From assembly GCA_963638555.1 (NCBI GenBank), contig CAVHQU010000004.1, positions 65,993 to 129,992 on the forward strand: a stretch of DNA of 64,000 nucleotides. The letters are read 5' to 3'. The notes beneath the pieces were generated by a model. That model was given only the letters and a program-made list of their open reading frames with translations, was not told where the DNA came from and did not search any database. Of this stretch, positions 1-9,855 are shown piece after piece. This DNA comes from a bacterium. Lineage in GTDB: Bacteria; Bacillota_I; Bacilli_A; RFN20; CAG-826. The first letter of the stretch is position 1. Every line of letters begins with the position of its first letter. The translations under genes and the position numbers were made by a program.

Positions 1-33
1 AGCAATTAAAATCAGCCTTTGGAGGATAAAATC

Positions 34-594
34 ATGGCAAACGATTTAGCCGAGAAACATTGGTATATTGTTAATACCTATTCTGCTCGCGAATCAAAGA
101 CAGCAGAAAACATCAAAAACCGCATCAAGACAATGAACATGGAAGATTTCATTTTCCGTGTCTTAGTTGCTGAATACGAAGAGAAATGCATCGATAAGGA
201 AACAGGCCTTCCAAACGGCAAGGTTAAAATCAAGAACCTTTATCCAGGATACATCTTTGTTGAAATGATTATGACAACTGAATCTTGGTTCGTCGTTCGT
301 AATACTCCAGGTGTAACCGGTATTACTGGTTCAAGTGGCGGCGGTAAGATGCCTACCCCAATTTCACGCGAGGAAATTGAACCTGTCCTTAAGAGAATGG
401 GTCTTGTTGACGAAACGATGTACGATCGTTACAACGTCGGCGACAAAGTTAAGATTATTTCCGGCCCACTTGAAGGCACTGAAGGCGACATCGTCTCTAT
501 CGATAAAGATACAGGCGCATGCCGTGTTAACACGGTCTTCTTCGGACGTGTCACACCAGTTGATGTCGAATTCTCTGAAATTGAGAAAATCTAG
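34..594 (+). CDS. nusG: Transcription termination/antitermination factor NusG
   Basis: ORF 19..594 opens with TTG. The likely start is ATG at 34, after GGAGGA at 20-25. It has the WYIVNTYSARE NGN opening and a C-terminal KOW (GDKVKIISGPLEGTEGDIVSID). Sits immediately upstream of rplK as in most bacteria. Confidence 0.9.
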   Translation: MANDLAEKHWYIVNTYSARESKTAENIKNRIKTMNMEDFIFRVLVAEYEEKCIDKETGLPNGKVKIKNLYPGYIFVEMIMTTESWFVVRNTPGVTGITGSSGGGKMPTPISREEIEPVLKRMGLVDETMYDRYNVGDKVKIISGPLEGTEGDIVSIDKDTGACRVNTVFFGRVTPVDVEFSEIEKI

Positions 595-736
595 CATCTC
601 TAACATTCAAAAAGTTCTCTAAACAGGGAACTTTTTCTTTTTCAATAAATATATGAATGATTTTTCATATTTATATTGATATATGAATGGCGATTCATTA
701 TAATGCTGTCTGTAACATATGAAAGGATATTCATAC

Positions 737-1042
737 ATGTCTCAATTACCGAACGAAAAAATAATCGATTCTATGGAAGATTTGCTCAGTGTTGCATCTG
801 ATTCGACTAGACTAAAAATTATGTTATCTATCTCGGATGAAGAGCATAACGTCACTGAAATAATGAATATGGTAGGGGCCTCCCAATCATTGGTTTCTCA
901 CCAATTAGAAATTTTAAAAAAGCATCGTATCGTTAATGCTCGTAGAGATGGAAGAAAGACTTATTACATTCTATCCGACCATCACATCAATGAATTAATC
1001 AACGTTGTTTATGAACACGTTATTGAAAAAGAAGGAGACTAG
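737..1042 (+). CDS. ArsR/SmtB-family metal-responsive transcriptional repressor (CadC-like)
   Basis: ArsR-type winged HTH (VTEIMNMVGASQSLVSHQLEILKKHRIV...DGRKTYYIL). Lies 2 nt upstream of a P1B-ATPase. The ORF track starts at 719. The ATG at 737 has the better RBS (AAAGGA). Confidence 0.75.
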   Translation: MSQLPNEKIIDSMEDLLSVASDSTRLKIMLSISDEEHNVTEIMNMVGASQSLVSHQLEILKKHRIVNARRDGRKTYYILSDHHINELINVVYEHVIEKEGD

Positions 1043-1044
1043 TT

Positions 1045-2961
1045 ATGTCAGACGAAAAAAAAGAAATATTAATCAAGATCATCCGATTGGCTTTAGGCTT
1101 AACGACTGCATTGCTTGGTTTATTCTTGTTCAATGAAAATAACTACGGTGTCTGGGTTAATCTAACTGTTATGGTCATTGCTTGGCTTATAGTTGGTTAT
1201 GATATTATTCTTGAAGCGTTTTCTTCACTCATCAAAGAAAAAAATCCATTCGATGAAAACATGTTAATGCTAATCGCCTCAATCGGCGCATTCTGTTTAA
1301 GAATATTTGGTAAAGATGAAAATGAAATCTTTGGAAATGAATTCTTTGAAGCGTTTATGGTTGCCTTCTTATTTCAACTTGGCGATATTTTTGAAGACCT
1401 TGCTACAGATAAATCTCATGAGGCAATCATCAACGCTGTCGGGCTTCGAGCTAAAAAAGCTTCCTTGTTGGTTGATGGAGACATTAAATCAGTAAAACCT
1501 GAAGATTTGAAAATAAATGATCAAATTCTTGTCAAAGTAGGAGAAATAATTCCTGCTGATGGAGAAATTATCTCGGGCGAAGGCGACATCGACGTGTCAT
1601 CTTTAACCGGCGAATTTAATCCAGTTTTTAGAAAATGTGGAGAATCCGTCAATTCAGGTACCATCCTTAAAAATGGCTCGCTAACTATTAAAGTTACAAA
1701 ATCGTATGAAGATTCAACAGTGAGCAAGATCATTTCTCTTGTCGAAGAATCTTCCGAACAAAAATCTAAAGCCGATAAATTTATTACTAAATTTGCGAAA
1801 ATTTACACACCAATAGTTGTTCTTATTGCAATAATCTTAGCTATTTTTCCTCCACTTATCATTGGAATGAATGACGGAGAAGTTTGGAAACAATGGGTCA
1901 AAATCGCTGTATCAATACTTGTTATTTCTTGCCCATGTGCTGTTGTTGTATCTGTTCCGCTTGCTTATTTTGCTGGAATCGGTCTTGCATCAAAAAATGG
2001 CATTATCGTTAAAGGTGGTTCATATTTTGACCAATTAAATAATCTTGGCGTTCTTGTTACGGATAAAACTGGAACATTAACATATGGCAAGTTTATGATG
2101 GAAGAAGTTCATCCTGAAGGAATTAGCGAGGAAGAATTTCTTGAATACATCCGCGCGGCTGAATCTCGTTCGAATCACCCAATAGCAAAGGCAATCATTG
2201 GAGATATTGATATTTCTAAATTCTCATCTGACATTACTGCTTACAATGAAATTGCTGGTCTTGGGGAAGAACTAACTTATAAAGGCCATAAAATATTAAC
2301 TGGAAATGAGAAGTTGTTGACTAATCACAACATTGAATTTGAAACTCCTAATGTTGTTGGAACGATCGTATATTTAGCAATTGATTCTAAATATGTAGGA
2401 TACGTTCTTTTGACCGATCAAGTAAAGGATACATCATTAGCCACGATTAATAATCTTCATAATCTTGGAGTTAAAACGATTATGCTTACTGGCGATAAAG
2501 AAAATAGTGCTAGAAAGGTCGCTGATTCGTTAAACATTGACGAAGTTCATTATGAACTATTACCAGAAGAAAAAACCGGTATTCTTAAGCAAACTATCGA
2601 TTCTACTAAAAAAGCCGTTGCTTATGTAGGCGATGGAATAAATGACGCGCCAAGCATTACATTATCTGATGTTGGATTTGCAATGGGCGGTGCCGGGAGC
2701 GATTTAGCGGTTGAAAACGCCAACATTGTTATTATGAACGATGACATTTCAAAAGTGTGCACGGTAATCAAAATAGCCAAGACGACTAGAAATAGAGCCA
2801 TATTTAACGTAGTCGCATCAATACTTATCAAGATTGCAATTGCTTTATGTTCCATCTTCATTCCTAATTTCCCGCTTATGGTTGCCGTATTTGCTGATAC
2901 TGGTGTGACATTGATTATGGTCGCATCATCAATTTCCTTGCTTATTCACAAGGTAAAATAG
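1045..2961 (+). CDS. Heavy-metal translocating P1B-type ATPase with no N-terminal metal-binding domain
   Basis: Has the CPC transmembrane metal motif (VISCPCAVVVS), the DKTGTLT phosphorylation site, and GDGINDAP. No CxxC HMA domain precedes the first TM helix. Paired with the ArsR-like regulator. Confidence 0.85.
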   Translation: MSDEKKEILIKIIRLALGLTTALLGLFLFNENNYGVWVNLTVMVIAWLIVGYDIILEAFSSLIKEKNPFDENMLMLIASIGAFCLRIFGKDENEIFGNEFFEAFMVAFLFQLGDIFEDLATDKSHEAIINAVGLRAKKASLLVDGDIKSVKPEDLKINDQILVKVGEIIPADGEIISGEGDIDVSSLTGEFNPVFRKCGESVNSGTILKNGSLTIKVTKSYEDSTVSKIISLVEESSEQKSKADKFITKFAKIYTPIVVLIAIILAIFPPLIIGMNDGEVWKQWVKIAVSILVISCPCAVVVSVPLAYFAGIGLASKNGIIVKGGSYFDQLNNLGVLVTDKTGTLTYGKFMMEEVHPEGISEEEFLEYIRAAESRSNHPIAKAIIGDIDISKFSSDITAYNEIAGLGEELTYKGHKILTGNEKLLTNHNIEFETPNVVGTIVYLAIDSKYVGYVLLTDQVKDTSLATINNLHNLGVKTIMLTGDKENSARKVADSLNIDEVHYELLPEEKTGILKQTIDSTKKAVAYVGDGINDAPSITLSDVGFAMGGAGSDLAVENANIVIMNDDISKVCTVIKIAKTTRNRAIFNVVASILIKIAIALCSIFIPNFPLMVAVFADTGVTLIMVASSISLLIHKVK

Positions 2962-2968
2962 AAAATCT

Positions 2969-2996
2969 GGGCTTTCTTAGTCGAAAGCCTTTTTTC
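2969..2996 (+). terminator. Rho-independent terminator after the ATPase gene
   Basis: GGCTTTC-ttagtc-GAAAGCC hairpin followed by TTTTTT. Confidence 0.5.
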
Positions 2997-3045
2997 TGTC
3001 AATTTATGCATTATGCACAAAAGCATGACTAAATTTAACTTCTAG

Positions 3046-3074
3046 TTGCCAAGGCTTTTTCCTATGCGTATAAT
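3046..3074 (+). promoter_or_regulatory. Sigma-A-type promoter for the rplK-rplA operon
   Basis: TTGCCA, 17 nt, TATAAT, about 95 nt upstream of the rplK start codon. Confidence 0.45.
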
Positions 3075-3168
3075 ACTCGAGCACGCGTATTTTAACGTGC
3101 AGCGTGGTAGGATCCTTTGACGAGGACCCGATAAGCCACTGCATATCGTCAAATTTAAGGAGGACAAT

Positions 3169-3582
3169 ATGGCAAAGAAAATCGTCAAAGTCCTTAAGAT
3201 GGAACTCCCAGGTGGAGACGCCCATCCAGGACCAAAGCTTGCTTCCGCAGGCGTTCAAATGGCTAAATTCTGCACTGACTTCAATGCAAAAACAGCCGAC
3301 AGAAAAGGACAAACAGTCCCAGTAATCATCACAGCATATGAAGACAAATCCTATGACTTCGTTATCAAAACAACACCAGTCACAGATTTACTTCTCAAAG
3401 CTGCTGGAATCAAAAAAGGTTCCGGTGTTCCTAACAAAACAAAGGCAGGACACATCTCTCAAGCTCAACTTGAGGAAATCGCACAATACAAGATGCCAGA
3501 TCTTAACGCAAATGACATCGAAGCTGCAAAGAAAATTGTTGAAGGTTCAGCTCGTCAAATGGGCATCACCATCGACAAATAA
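3169..3582 (+). CDS. rplK: 50S ribosomal protein L11
   Basis: Canonical L11 sequence (PGGDAHPGPKLASAGVQMAKFC...). RBS AAGGAGG. Confidence 0.95.
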   Translation: MAKKIVKVLKMELPGGDAHPGPKLASAGVQMAKFCTDFNAKTADRKGQTVPVIITAYEDKSYDFVIKTTPVTDLLLKAAGIKKGSGVPNKTKAGHISQAQLEEIAQYKMPDLNANDIEAAKKIVEGSARQMGITIDK

Positions 3583-3597
3583 TAGGGAGACACAACA

Positions 3598-4287
3598 ATG
3601 AAAAAAGGAAAGAAATACATTGCTGCTGCAAAACTCATTGACGAAAACAAAGAGTATACCCTTGAAGAAGCAGCTGCTCTTCTCAAGAAGACAAGCACAA
3701 CAAAATTCGATTCAACAATCGATATCAGCTTTGCGTTAAATGTTAATCCAACATTAGCTGATCAATTAATCCGTGGAACATTAGTTCTTCCACACGGAAA
3801 TGGTAAAACCAAGAAGATTCTTGCTGTCACCAATACAAAACAAGACGAAGCAAAAGCAGCAGGTGCTGACTTTGTCGGTGGCAAAGAAATGCTCGAAAAG
3901 ATTCAAAATCAAAACTGGTTTGACTTCGATATCATCGTTGCAACTCCAGATATGATGGGTGAACTTGGTAAAATGGGTCGTGTCTTAGGTCCAAAAGGCT
4001 TAATGCCAAACCCAAAGACTGGCACAGTTTCTCTCGAAATTGGTAAAGCCATCACCGAAATCAAGAAAGGTAAGATTTCTTACCGTGTTGACAAGGATGG
4101 TAACTTAAACATCTCTATCGCACGCGTCTCCTTCTCTGAAAGTGACATCGTCGATAACTTACAAGCTATCATTGACGCAATTGTCAAATCCCGTCCATCA
4201 ACAGTCAAAGGTATCTACATCAAAACAGCTGTCGTCCACACAACAATGGGCCCAGGTATGAAGATTACCTTCCCAACCAGAAACTAA
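3598..4287 (+). CDS. rplA: 50S ribosomal protein L1
   Basis: Canonical L1 sequence. Follows rplK. Confidence 0.95.
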   Translation: MKKGKKYIAAAKLIDENKEYTLEEAAALLKKTSTTKFDSTIDISFALNVNPTLADQLIRGTLVLPHGNGKTKKILAVTNTKQDEAKAAGADFVGGKEMLEKIQNQNWFDFDIIVATPDMMGELGKMGRVLGPKGLMPNPKTGTVSLEIGKAITEIKKGKISYRVDKDGNLNISIARVSFSESDIVDNLQAIIDAIVKSRPSTVKGIYIKTAVVHTTMGPGMKITFPTRN

Positions 4288-4441
4288 TTCTGGTCACCAA
4301 AATTGGTGAATTGCTTGTTATTCCTAAGATAGCAACGGACACATGTCTTAATAATTCACGTTGCTGAGGTTACAAATTCACAAAATAACTCACTAGTTAT
4401 ATCAAGCTTCACATATATACGTAAGAAAGGAGGAACACAGT
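4288..4441 (+). ncRNA. Candidate L10(L12)4 autoregulatory leader in the 5' UTR of rplJ
   Basis: About 150 nt of non-coding sequence between rplA and rplJ. That is the usual position of the L10 leader in low-GC Gram-positives. The structure was not verified. Confidence 0.3.
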
Positions 4442-4951
4442 ATGAATGCATCTGCACTTCAAGCTAAAAAAGATTCCGTTAAGGAAATTACTGAAGGCTT
4501 AAAATCCAGCAAGACAGTCGCTATTGTTTCTTATCAAGGCTTAACGGTCGCTGAAACACAAGAACTCCGTCGTACATTAGCAGAAAAGAACGCTAAGATG
4601 GGTGTTTACAAGAACACTTTAGTCCGTCGCGCCTTAGCTGATCAAGGTATCGAAGGCTTAGACGACCTTCTTGAAGGACCAAATGCGTTAGTCTTCTCTG
4701 AAGATGTTACTAGCGCCGCCAAAATCCTCTACAAATTCTCCCGTTTCCACGAACACCTCGTTTTACGCGGTGGTCTCGTCGAGGGAAAACCAGTAGACGC
4801 CAAAGGCATGAAAGAAGTTGCCAAACTTCCAACAAAAGAAGCATTACTTTCTATGTTCTGCATGGTTCTCAACGAACCTATCGCTGGCTTTGCCAGAGTC
4901 GCTAACCAAATTAGCGAAAAGGCTGGAGCAGAAGCCCCAGCAGCCAACTAA
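4442..4951 (+). CDS. rplJ: 50S ribosomal protein L10
   Basis: L10 family sequence. Sits between rplA and rplL. Confidence 0.95.
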   Translation: MNASALQAKKDSVKEITEGLKSSKTVAIVSYQGLTVAETQELRRTLAEKNAKMGVYKNTLVRRALADQGIEGLDDLLEGPNALVFSEDVTSAAKILYKFSRFHEHLVLRGGLVEGKPVDAKGMKEVAKLPTKEALLSMFCMVLNEPIAGFARVANQISEKAGAEAPAAN

Positions 4952-4970
4952 TTTCTAGGAGGAAAAAACA

Positions 4971-5354
4971 ATGGCTGAAAAATTAACAAATGAACAAATC
5001 ATTGACACTCTCAAACAAATGACCGCCCTTGAACTCAAGGCTCTCGTTGATGCTGTTTGCGCTGAATTCGGCGTTACTGCCGCTGCTCCAACAGCCGCCG
5101 CTGCACCTGCTGAAGAAGAAGGCCCAGCCGCAAAAGGACCAACCGAAGTTTCCTTATTCTTAAAAGGACTCGGAACAGCCTCCAAAGTTGCTGTTATCAA
5201 AGTCGTCCAATCCATCACTGGCTTAGGACTTATGGAAGCTAAGAAACTTGTCGACGCTGCCCCAGTTGCCATCAAAGAGAAGATCTCCCCAGTCGAAGCT
5301 GAAGCTTACAAGAAGACTCTCACAGATGCTGGCTGCGAAGCTGAAGTTAAATAA
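4971..5354 (+). CDS. rplL: 50S ribosomal protein L7/L12
   Basis: Ala/Glu-rich hinge and a conserved C-terminal domain (GLGLMEAKKLVDAAP). Confidence 0.95.
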   Translation: MAEKLTNEQIIDTLKQMTALELKALVDAVCAEFGVTAAAPTAAAAPAEEEGPAAKGPTEVSLFLKGLGTASKVAVIKVVQSITGLGLMEAKKLVDAAPVAIKEKISPVEAEAYKKTLTDAGCEAEVK

Positions 5355-5377
5355 GTTTCACCTACAATCTGATTTTT

Positions 5378-5418
5378 ACCCTGCCCATAGACTACTCGTC
5401 GCCTGTGGGTAGGGTTTT
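5378..5418 (+). terminator. Imperfect hairpin plus U-tract between rplL and the downstream genes (candidate partial terminator/attenuator)
   Basis: ACCCTGCCCATAG...CTGTGGGTAGGGT followed by TTTT. Matches the known attenuation point between rplJL and rpoBC. Confidence 0.4.
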
Positions 5419-5442
5419 AGCACTTATAAGGAGGAGGTAAAA

Positions 5443-6060
5443 ATGCCCCAATACTTCGATAATGTTGAAGGAATGGAACATAAGGATCTAACTATCGAAT
5501 TCGATATCTTAAATCAGCATTACTCCTTCAAAAGTGATAAAGGCGTATTCTCGAAAAACAAACTTGATTTCGGAACGAAACTCTTAATTGAGACGATTCT
5601 TGAAATGAAGGTTGAATTAGGAGAGAGAATACTAGACCTTGGGTGTGGAGCGGGACCGATAGGACTTATCCTCGCTCACCTCGACCCTTCTAGGCAAGTA
5701 GCCCTTGCCGATGTTAATGATAGGGCCCTCGAACTTTGTAAGAAAAATGCTGAAATTCTTGGCGTTTCCAAACAAGTAGAGATCGTCAATAGCGACGTTT
5801 ACCTCAACGTACACTCCACCTTTGATACGATAATCTCGAACCCACCAATTAGGGCGGGAAAACGTGTCACTTACAGAATTTACGATGAAGCTACCTCGCA
5901 TCTTAATGACAATGGTTCCTTAATCATCGTTATTAGGAAAGAACAGGGCGCCTTATCCGTAAAAGCCCATCTTGAAGAACTCTTCGACAAGGTCACTGTA
6001 TTAGACCGTAAGAAAGGTTATTACATCATTCAATCGTTTAAAAAAAAGGAGCAGTATTAA
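5443..6060 (+). CDS. Class I SAM-dependent methyltransferase (small MTS domain, RsmC/YbxB-like)
   Basis: SAM motif LDLGCGAGPIG and catalytic NPPI. Its position between rplL and rpoB mirrors B. subtilis ybxB. The TAATG stop/start overlaps rpoB. Confidence 0.8.
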   Translation: MPQYFDNVEGMEHKDLTIEFDILNQHYSFKSDKGVFSKNKLDFGTKLLIETILEMKVELGERILDLGCGAGPIGLILAHLDPSRQVALADVNDRALELCKKNAEILGVSKQVEIVNSDVYLNVHSTFDTIISNPPIRAGKRVTYRIYDEATSHLNDNGSLIIVIRKEQGALSVKAHLEELFDKVTVLDRKKGYYIIQSFKKKEQY

Positions 6061-9000
6061 TGCCAAACGAAAAACCATTCCTAACCGAATTCCCTGGCCC
6101 AAATGGTAAAAATTACCCAGTAGGCCTCAACCACCGCGTCAATTTCGGAAAGATTTCCGGCTCTTTAGAATTACCATACTTAGTTGCCGTTCAAACAAAA
6201 TCTTTCAAATGGTTCGTTGATAATGGAATTGACGAAGTTTTCAGAGAAATTTTCCCAATAGAAAATAACAATAAGACAATTTCTCTTGAATATGTTAGCT
6301 GCCATTTTGAAGAGCCTGAATATAAGCCTCTCGAATGCAAAGAAGAAGATTTAACATATTGCAGCAAATTAAAAGCCACTCTTCGCTTAGAAAATAAAGA
6401 GACTGGCGAAATGAAAGAATCCGAAGTCTATATGGGCGATGTCCCAATGATGACTAACAGCGGAACTTTCATCATCAACGGCACAGAAAAGGTCGTTGTT
6501 TCTCAAATCATCCGTTCGGCCGGTGCCTATTTCGAAAATCCTAACGAAAAAGGTGTTGAATATCATGCTGAATTAATTCCTACAAGAGGAACGTGGATTG
6601 AATTTGAAAATACCAACAAGAACGTTATCTATGTTGATATCGATCACTCACAAAATGCATCACACAAATTATATGCACCTGCAATCTTCAAAGCTCTCGG
6701 CTTCCAAGAAGAAGACATCACAGAATTATTTGGTGATTCCGATGCATTACTCAATACACTCAAAAAAGATGAAGCCAACTCTAACTCCAACCTCGCTTTA
6801 ATTGAAATCTTTAAAAAATTAAAACCAGGTGAACCAGTTACGAAAGAAGGAACAATCAACTTCCTCATTCAACGCTTCTTTGATGAAAAGCGTTATGATT
6901 TAGGAAAAGCTGGTCGTTTTAAATTAACACAAAAATTAGGACTTTATGCTCGTTTAGCAGGCCGTGTCCTTGCTGAACCACTCATTGATTGCAATGGTGA
7001 AATTGCCTCTAATGCCAATGGCGAAGCGATGATTGCTGGCTATACACTTACAAAAGAAGACGTTCAAAAACTTCGCGATGAAGAATTCTTTGAACAAGGC
7101 GCTATGGAATATGACCTTGCTTCCAAAGTGAATCCAGCCTTCGCTGTCGGCTCAACGAAAGTCAACATCGTCAAAGTCCACGCTAAAGACAAAGTTAGCG
7201 AAAAAGTCATTAAGATGATTGGTACATCTTTTGAACTTGAAGGCACACTTGACGGAACAAAGAAACCTCTTCTTTGCATCGCAATTCCTGATATCGTCGC
7301 ATGTTTCTCTTATTTCGAGAATATCCGTGAAGGTATTGGCGAATTAGATGATATTGATAACCTTGGCAACCGTCGTGTACGTTGCGTTGGTGAATTGTTA
7401 CAAAATCAATTCCGTATGGGTCTCACTAAGATGAGCAAAACCATCGTTCAACGTATGAGCACAACAGTTGACTTCTCTGAAGCAAAACCTCAAGGATTTG
7501 TCTCTATTCGTCCTTTGACCTCATCAATTCATGAGTTCTTCAACACATCCCAACTCTCCCAATTGATGGACCAAGTCAACCCACTTTCCGAACTTGCCAA
7601 TAAACGTCGTCTTTCCGCTTTAGGCCCTGGCGGTTTAACCCGTGAGAGAACAACGATGGCCGTTCGTGACGTCCACGATACCCATTATGGCCGTATTTGT
7701 CCTATTGAAACACCAGAAGGTCAAAACGTCGGCTTAATCAATAACTTAGCAACGTACGCTAAAATCAATAAATTAGGCTTTATTGAGACTCCATATCGTC
7801 GCGTCTTTAAGACAACAGATGATAATGGAATCACTCACGTTTATGTTTCTGATGAAGCAGAATATTTATCTGCTGATGACGAAAAAGGACTTTATATCGC
7901 TGAAGCTAACATGAAAGTTTCCGAACCAATGGAACTTGAGTTAGATGGCCACAAGGAAATCGTCAAAGAAATCCTCGACGATGAAGTCGTTACACGTCAT
8001 GATGATGAAAACTTAATCGTCAACAAGGAACTCATTTCTTATGTTGACGTTTCTCCAAAACAAATCGTTTCTGTCGCTGCATCCTGTATTCCATTCCTTG
8101 AACACGATGACTCTACTCGTGCTCTTATGGGTGCTAACATGCAACGTCAAGCCCTTCCTTTGCTCCAACCAGAACTTCCTTATGTCGGAACTGGTATGGA
8201 AAGAAATGTCGCTCACGACTCTGGCTTAGCAGTTGTCGCAAGAGCCGATGGTGAAGTAACCTACATCGATAGCACTGAAATCACTGTCAAAGAGGAAGAA
8301 GGCGAACATACATATTTCTTACGTAAGTTCGAAGGAACAAACCAAGGAACATGTATCAACCAAACCCCAATCGTCCATGTTGGCGATCATATCAAAGAAG
8401 GAGATGTCATTGCTGATGGCCCATCCATGAAGAATGGTGAATTAGCCTTAGGACACAACCTCTTAATCGCTTATATGACTTGGAACGGCTATAACTACGA
8501 AGATGCCGTTATCATGTCCGAAAACATGATCAAGAATGACACATATACATCAATTCACATTGAAGTTTATGATGTCGAATGCCGCGAAATCAAAGGAGGA
8601 GACTCCGAAGAAATCACTCGCGATATTCCAAACGTCGGCGAAGACGCAAAGAAATATCTCGATGAAAGAGGCATTATCATCCCTGGCGCAGAAGTCAAAG
8701 AAGGAGATATCCTTGTCGGTAAGACCACACCAAAAGGCCGTATCGATCCATCTCCAGAAGAAAAACTTCTCATGTCCATCTTTGCTGAAAAAGTCAACGA
8801 TGCAAAAGACACTTCCTTACGCGTTCCACACGGTGGACAAGGTATTGTCTTAAAAGTTAAATGCTTCTCACGCCGTCATAAAGACCCACTTGCTCCTGGC
8901 GTTATCGAAAAGATTAGAGTCTATATCATTCAAAAGAGAAAGATCTCCGAAGGTGATAAGATGTCTGGACGTCATGGTAACAAAGGTGTTATCTCCAAGA

Positions 9001-9836
9001 TCTTACCAGTCGAAGATATGCCATTCTTACCAGATGGTACACCAATCGACATGATGCTTTCCCCAATGGGTGTTCCTTCTCGTATGAACATTGGTCAGGT
9101 ATTCGAAGTTCAACTCGGATTAGCCTGCCGTAAATTAAATATGCGTGTTGCGACACCTGTCTTCGATGGCTTAACATCCGATGAAATCAGTGAACTCATG
9201 AAGAAAGCAGGCCTTTCTAGCGATGGAAAGACAATACTCTATGATGGACAAACAGGTGAACGTTATCCAGAACGTATCGCAGTTGGTGTCCAGTACATGA
9301 TTAAACTCAACCACATGGTTGATGATAAGTTACATGCTCGTAGCGTTGGACCATACAGCTTAATCACCTTGCAACCTCTTGGTGGTAAGGCACAAAACGG
9401 TGGTCAGCGTTTCGGCGAAATGGAAGTCTGGGCCCTCGAAGCTTATGGCGCAGCTCATACTCTCCAAGAAATGATGACAGTCAAATCTGACGACCGTGTC
9501 GGAAGAAGAAAGACTTACGAATCCATCATCAAAGGCAACGCTCTTCCAAAATCAAGCATGCCTGAAGCCTTCAAAGTTCTCACAAAAGAACTCAAAGGAC
9601 TTTGTATGGAAATCAAACTCTTCAATAAAGAGGGCGAAGAAATCAACATGGACAACCTTGTTAAAGACGCCTTGGTTGAAGAAAGAAAGACCAATTCCGC
9701 AATTCGCAATCTCTCTAGTGCCCATAACACTCCAGAAGAAGATGTCGTCGATGACAGCTCTTCTGTCAGCGAAGTATTAGAAGCTGCAGCCGAAGAAGGT
9801 CTTACCGTCACCGATAATATCGGTCATAACGAATAA
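6060..9836 (+). CDS. rpoB: DNA-directed RNA polymerase subunit beta
   Basis: 1258 aa with the conserved beta-subunit blocks (e.g. GRHGNKGV). Confidence 0.97.
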   Translation: MPNEKPFLTEFPGPNGKNYPVGLNHRVNFGKISGSLELPYLVAVQTKSFKWFVDNGIDEVFREIFPIENNNKTISLEYVSCHFEEPEYKPLECKEEDLTYCSKLKATLRLENKETGEMKESEVYMGDVPMMTNSGTFIINGTEKVVVSQIIRSAGAYFENPNEKGVEYHAELIPTRGTWIEFENTNKNVIYVDIDHSQNASHKLYAPAIFKALGFQEEDITELFGDSDALLNTLKKDEANSNSNLALIEIFKKLKPGEPVTKEGTINFLIQRFFDEKRYDLGKAGRFKLTQKLGLYARLAGRVLAEPLIDCNGEIASNANGEAMIAGYTLTKEDVQKLRDEEFFEQGAMEYDLASKVNPAFAVGSTKVNIVKVHAKDKVSEKVIKMIGTSFELEGTLDGTKKPLLCIAIPDIVACFSYFENIREGIGELDDIDNLGNRRVRCVGELLQNQFRMGLTKMSKTIVQRMSTTVDFSEAKPQGFVSIRPLTSSIHEFFNTSQLSQLMDQVNPLSELANKRRLSALGPGGLTRERTTMAVRDVHDTHYGRICPIETPEGQNVGLINNLATYAKINKLGFIETPYRRVFKTTDDNGITHVYVSDEAEYLSADDEKGLYIAEANMKVSEPMELELDGHKEIVKEILDDEVVTRHDDENLIVNKELISYVDVSPKQIVSVAASCIPFLEHDDSTRALMGANMQRQALPLLQPELPYVGTGMERNVAHDSGLAVVARADGEVTYIDSTEITVKEEEGEHTYFLRKFEGTNQGTCINQTPIVHVGDHIKEGDVIADGPSMKNGELALGHNLLIAYMTWNGYNYEDAVIMSENMIKNDTYTSIHIEVYDVECREIKGGDSEEITRDIPNVGEDAKKYLDERGIIIPGAEVKEGDILVGKTTPKGRIDPSPEEKLLMSIFAEKVNDAKDTSLRVPHGGQGIVLKVKCFSRRHKDPLAPGVIEKIRVYIIQKRKISEGDKMSGRHGNKGVISKILPVEDMPFLPDGTPIDMMLSPMGVPSRMNIGQVFEVQLGLACRKLNMRVATPVFDGLTSDEISELMKKAGLSSDGKTILYDGQTGERYPERIAVGVQYMIKLNHMVDDKLHARSVGPYSLITLQPLGGKAQNGGQRFGEMEVWALEAYGAAHTLQEMMTVKSDDRVGRRKTYESIIKGNALPKSSMPEAFKVLTKELKGLCMEIKLFNKEGEEINMDNLVKDALVEERKTNSAIRNLSSAHNTPEEDVVDDSSSVSEVLEAAAEEGLTVTDNIGHNE

Positions 9837-9855
9837 TTAGGAGGAAGAAAGAATT

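Noticed and set aside
335-622. Many 60-150-aa ORFs in the six-frame track that overlap or lie antisense to large conserved genes (e.g. 335..622, 364..606, 1307..1495, 4955..5275, 17501..17905, 36368..36658, 44387..44596)
   Set aside because: They lie entirely inside well-supported genes (nusG, rpoB/C, fusA, tuf, nifJ, lipoprotein genes). They have no RBS and show low-complexity or frame-shadow composition. Treated as spurious.
2962-3168. L1-binding leader upstream of rplK
   Set aside because: The spacer is long enough and holds a good promoter. I could not recognise the L1-binding structure by eye, so only the promoter is reported.
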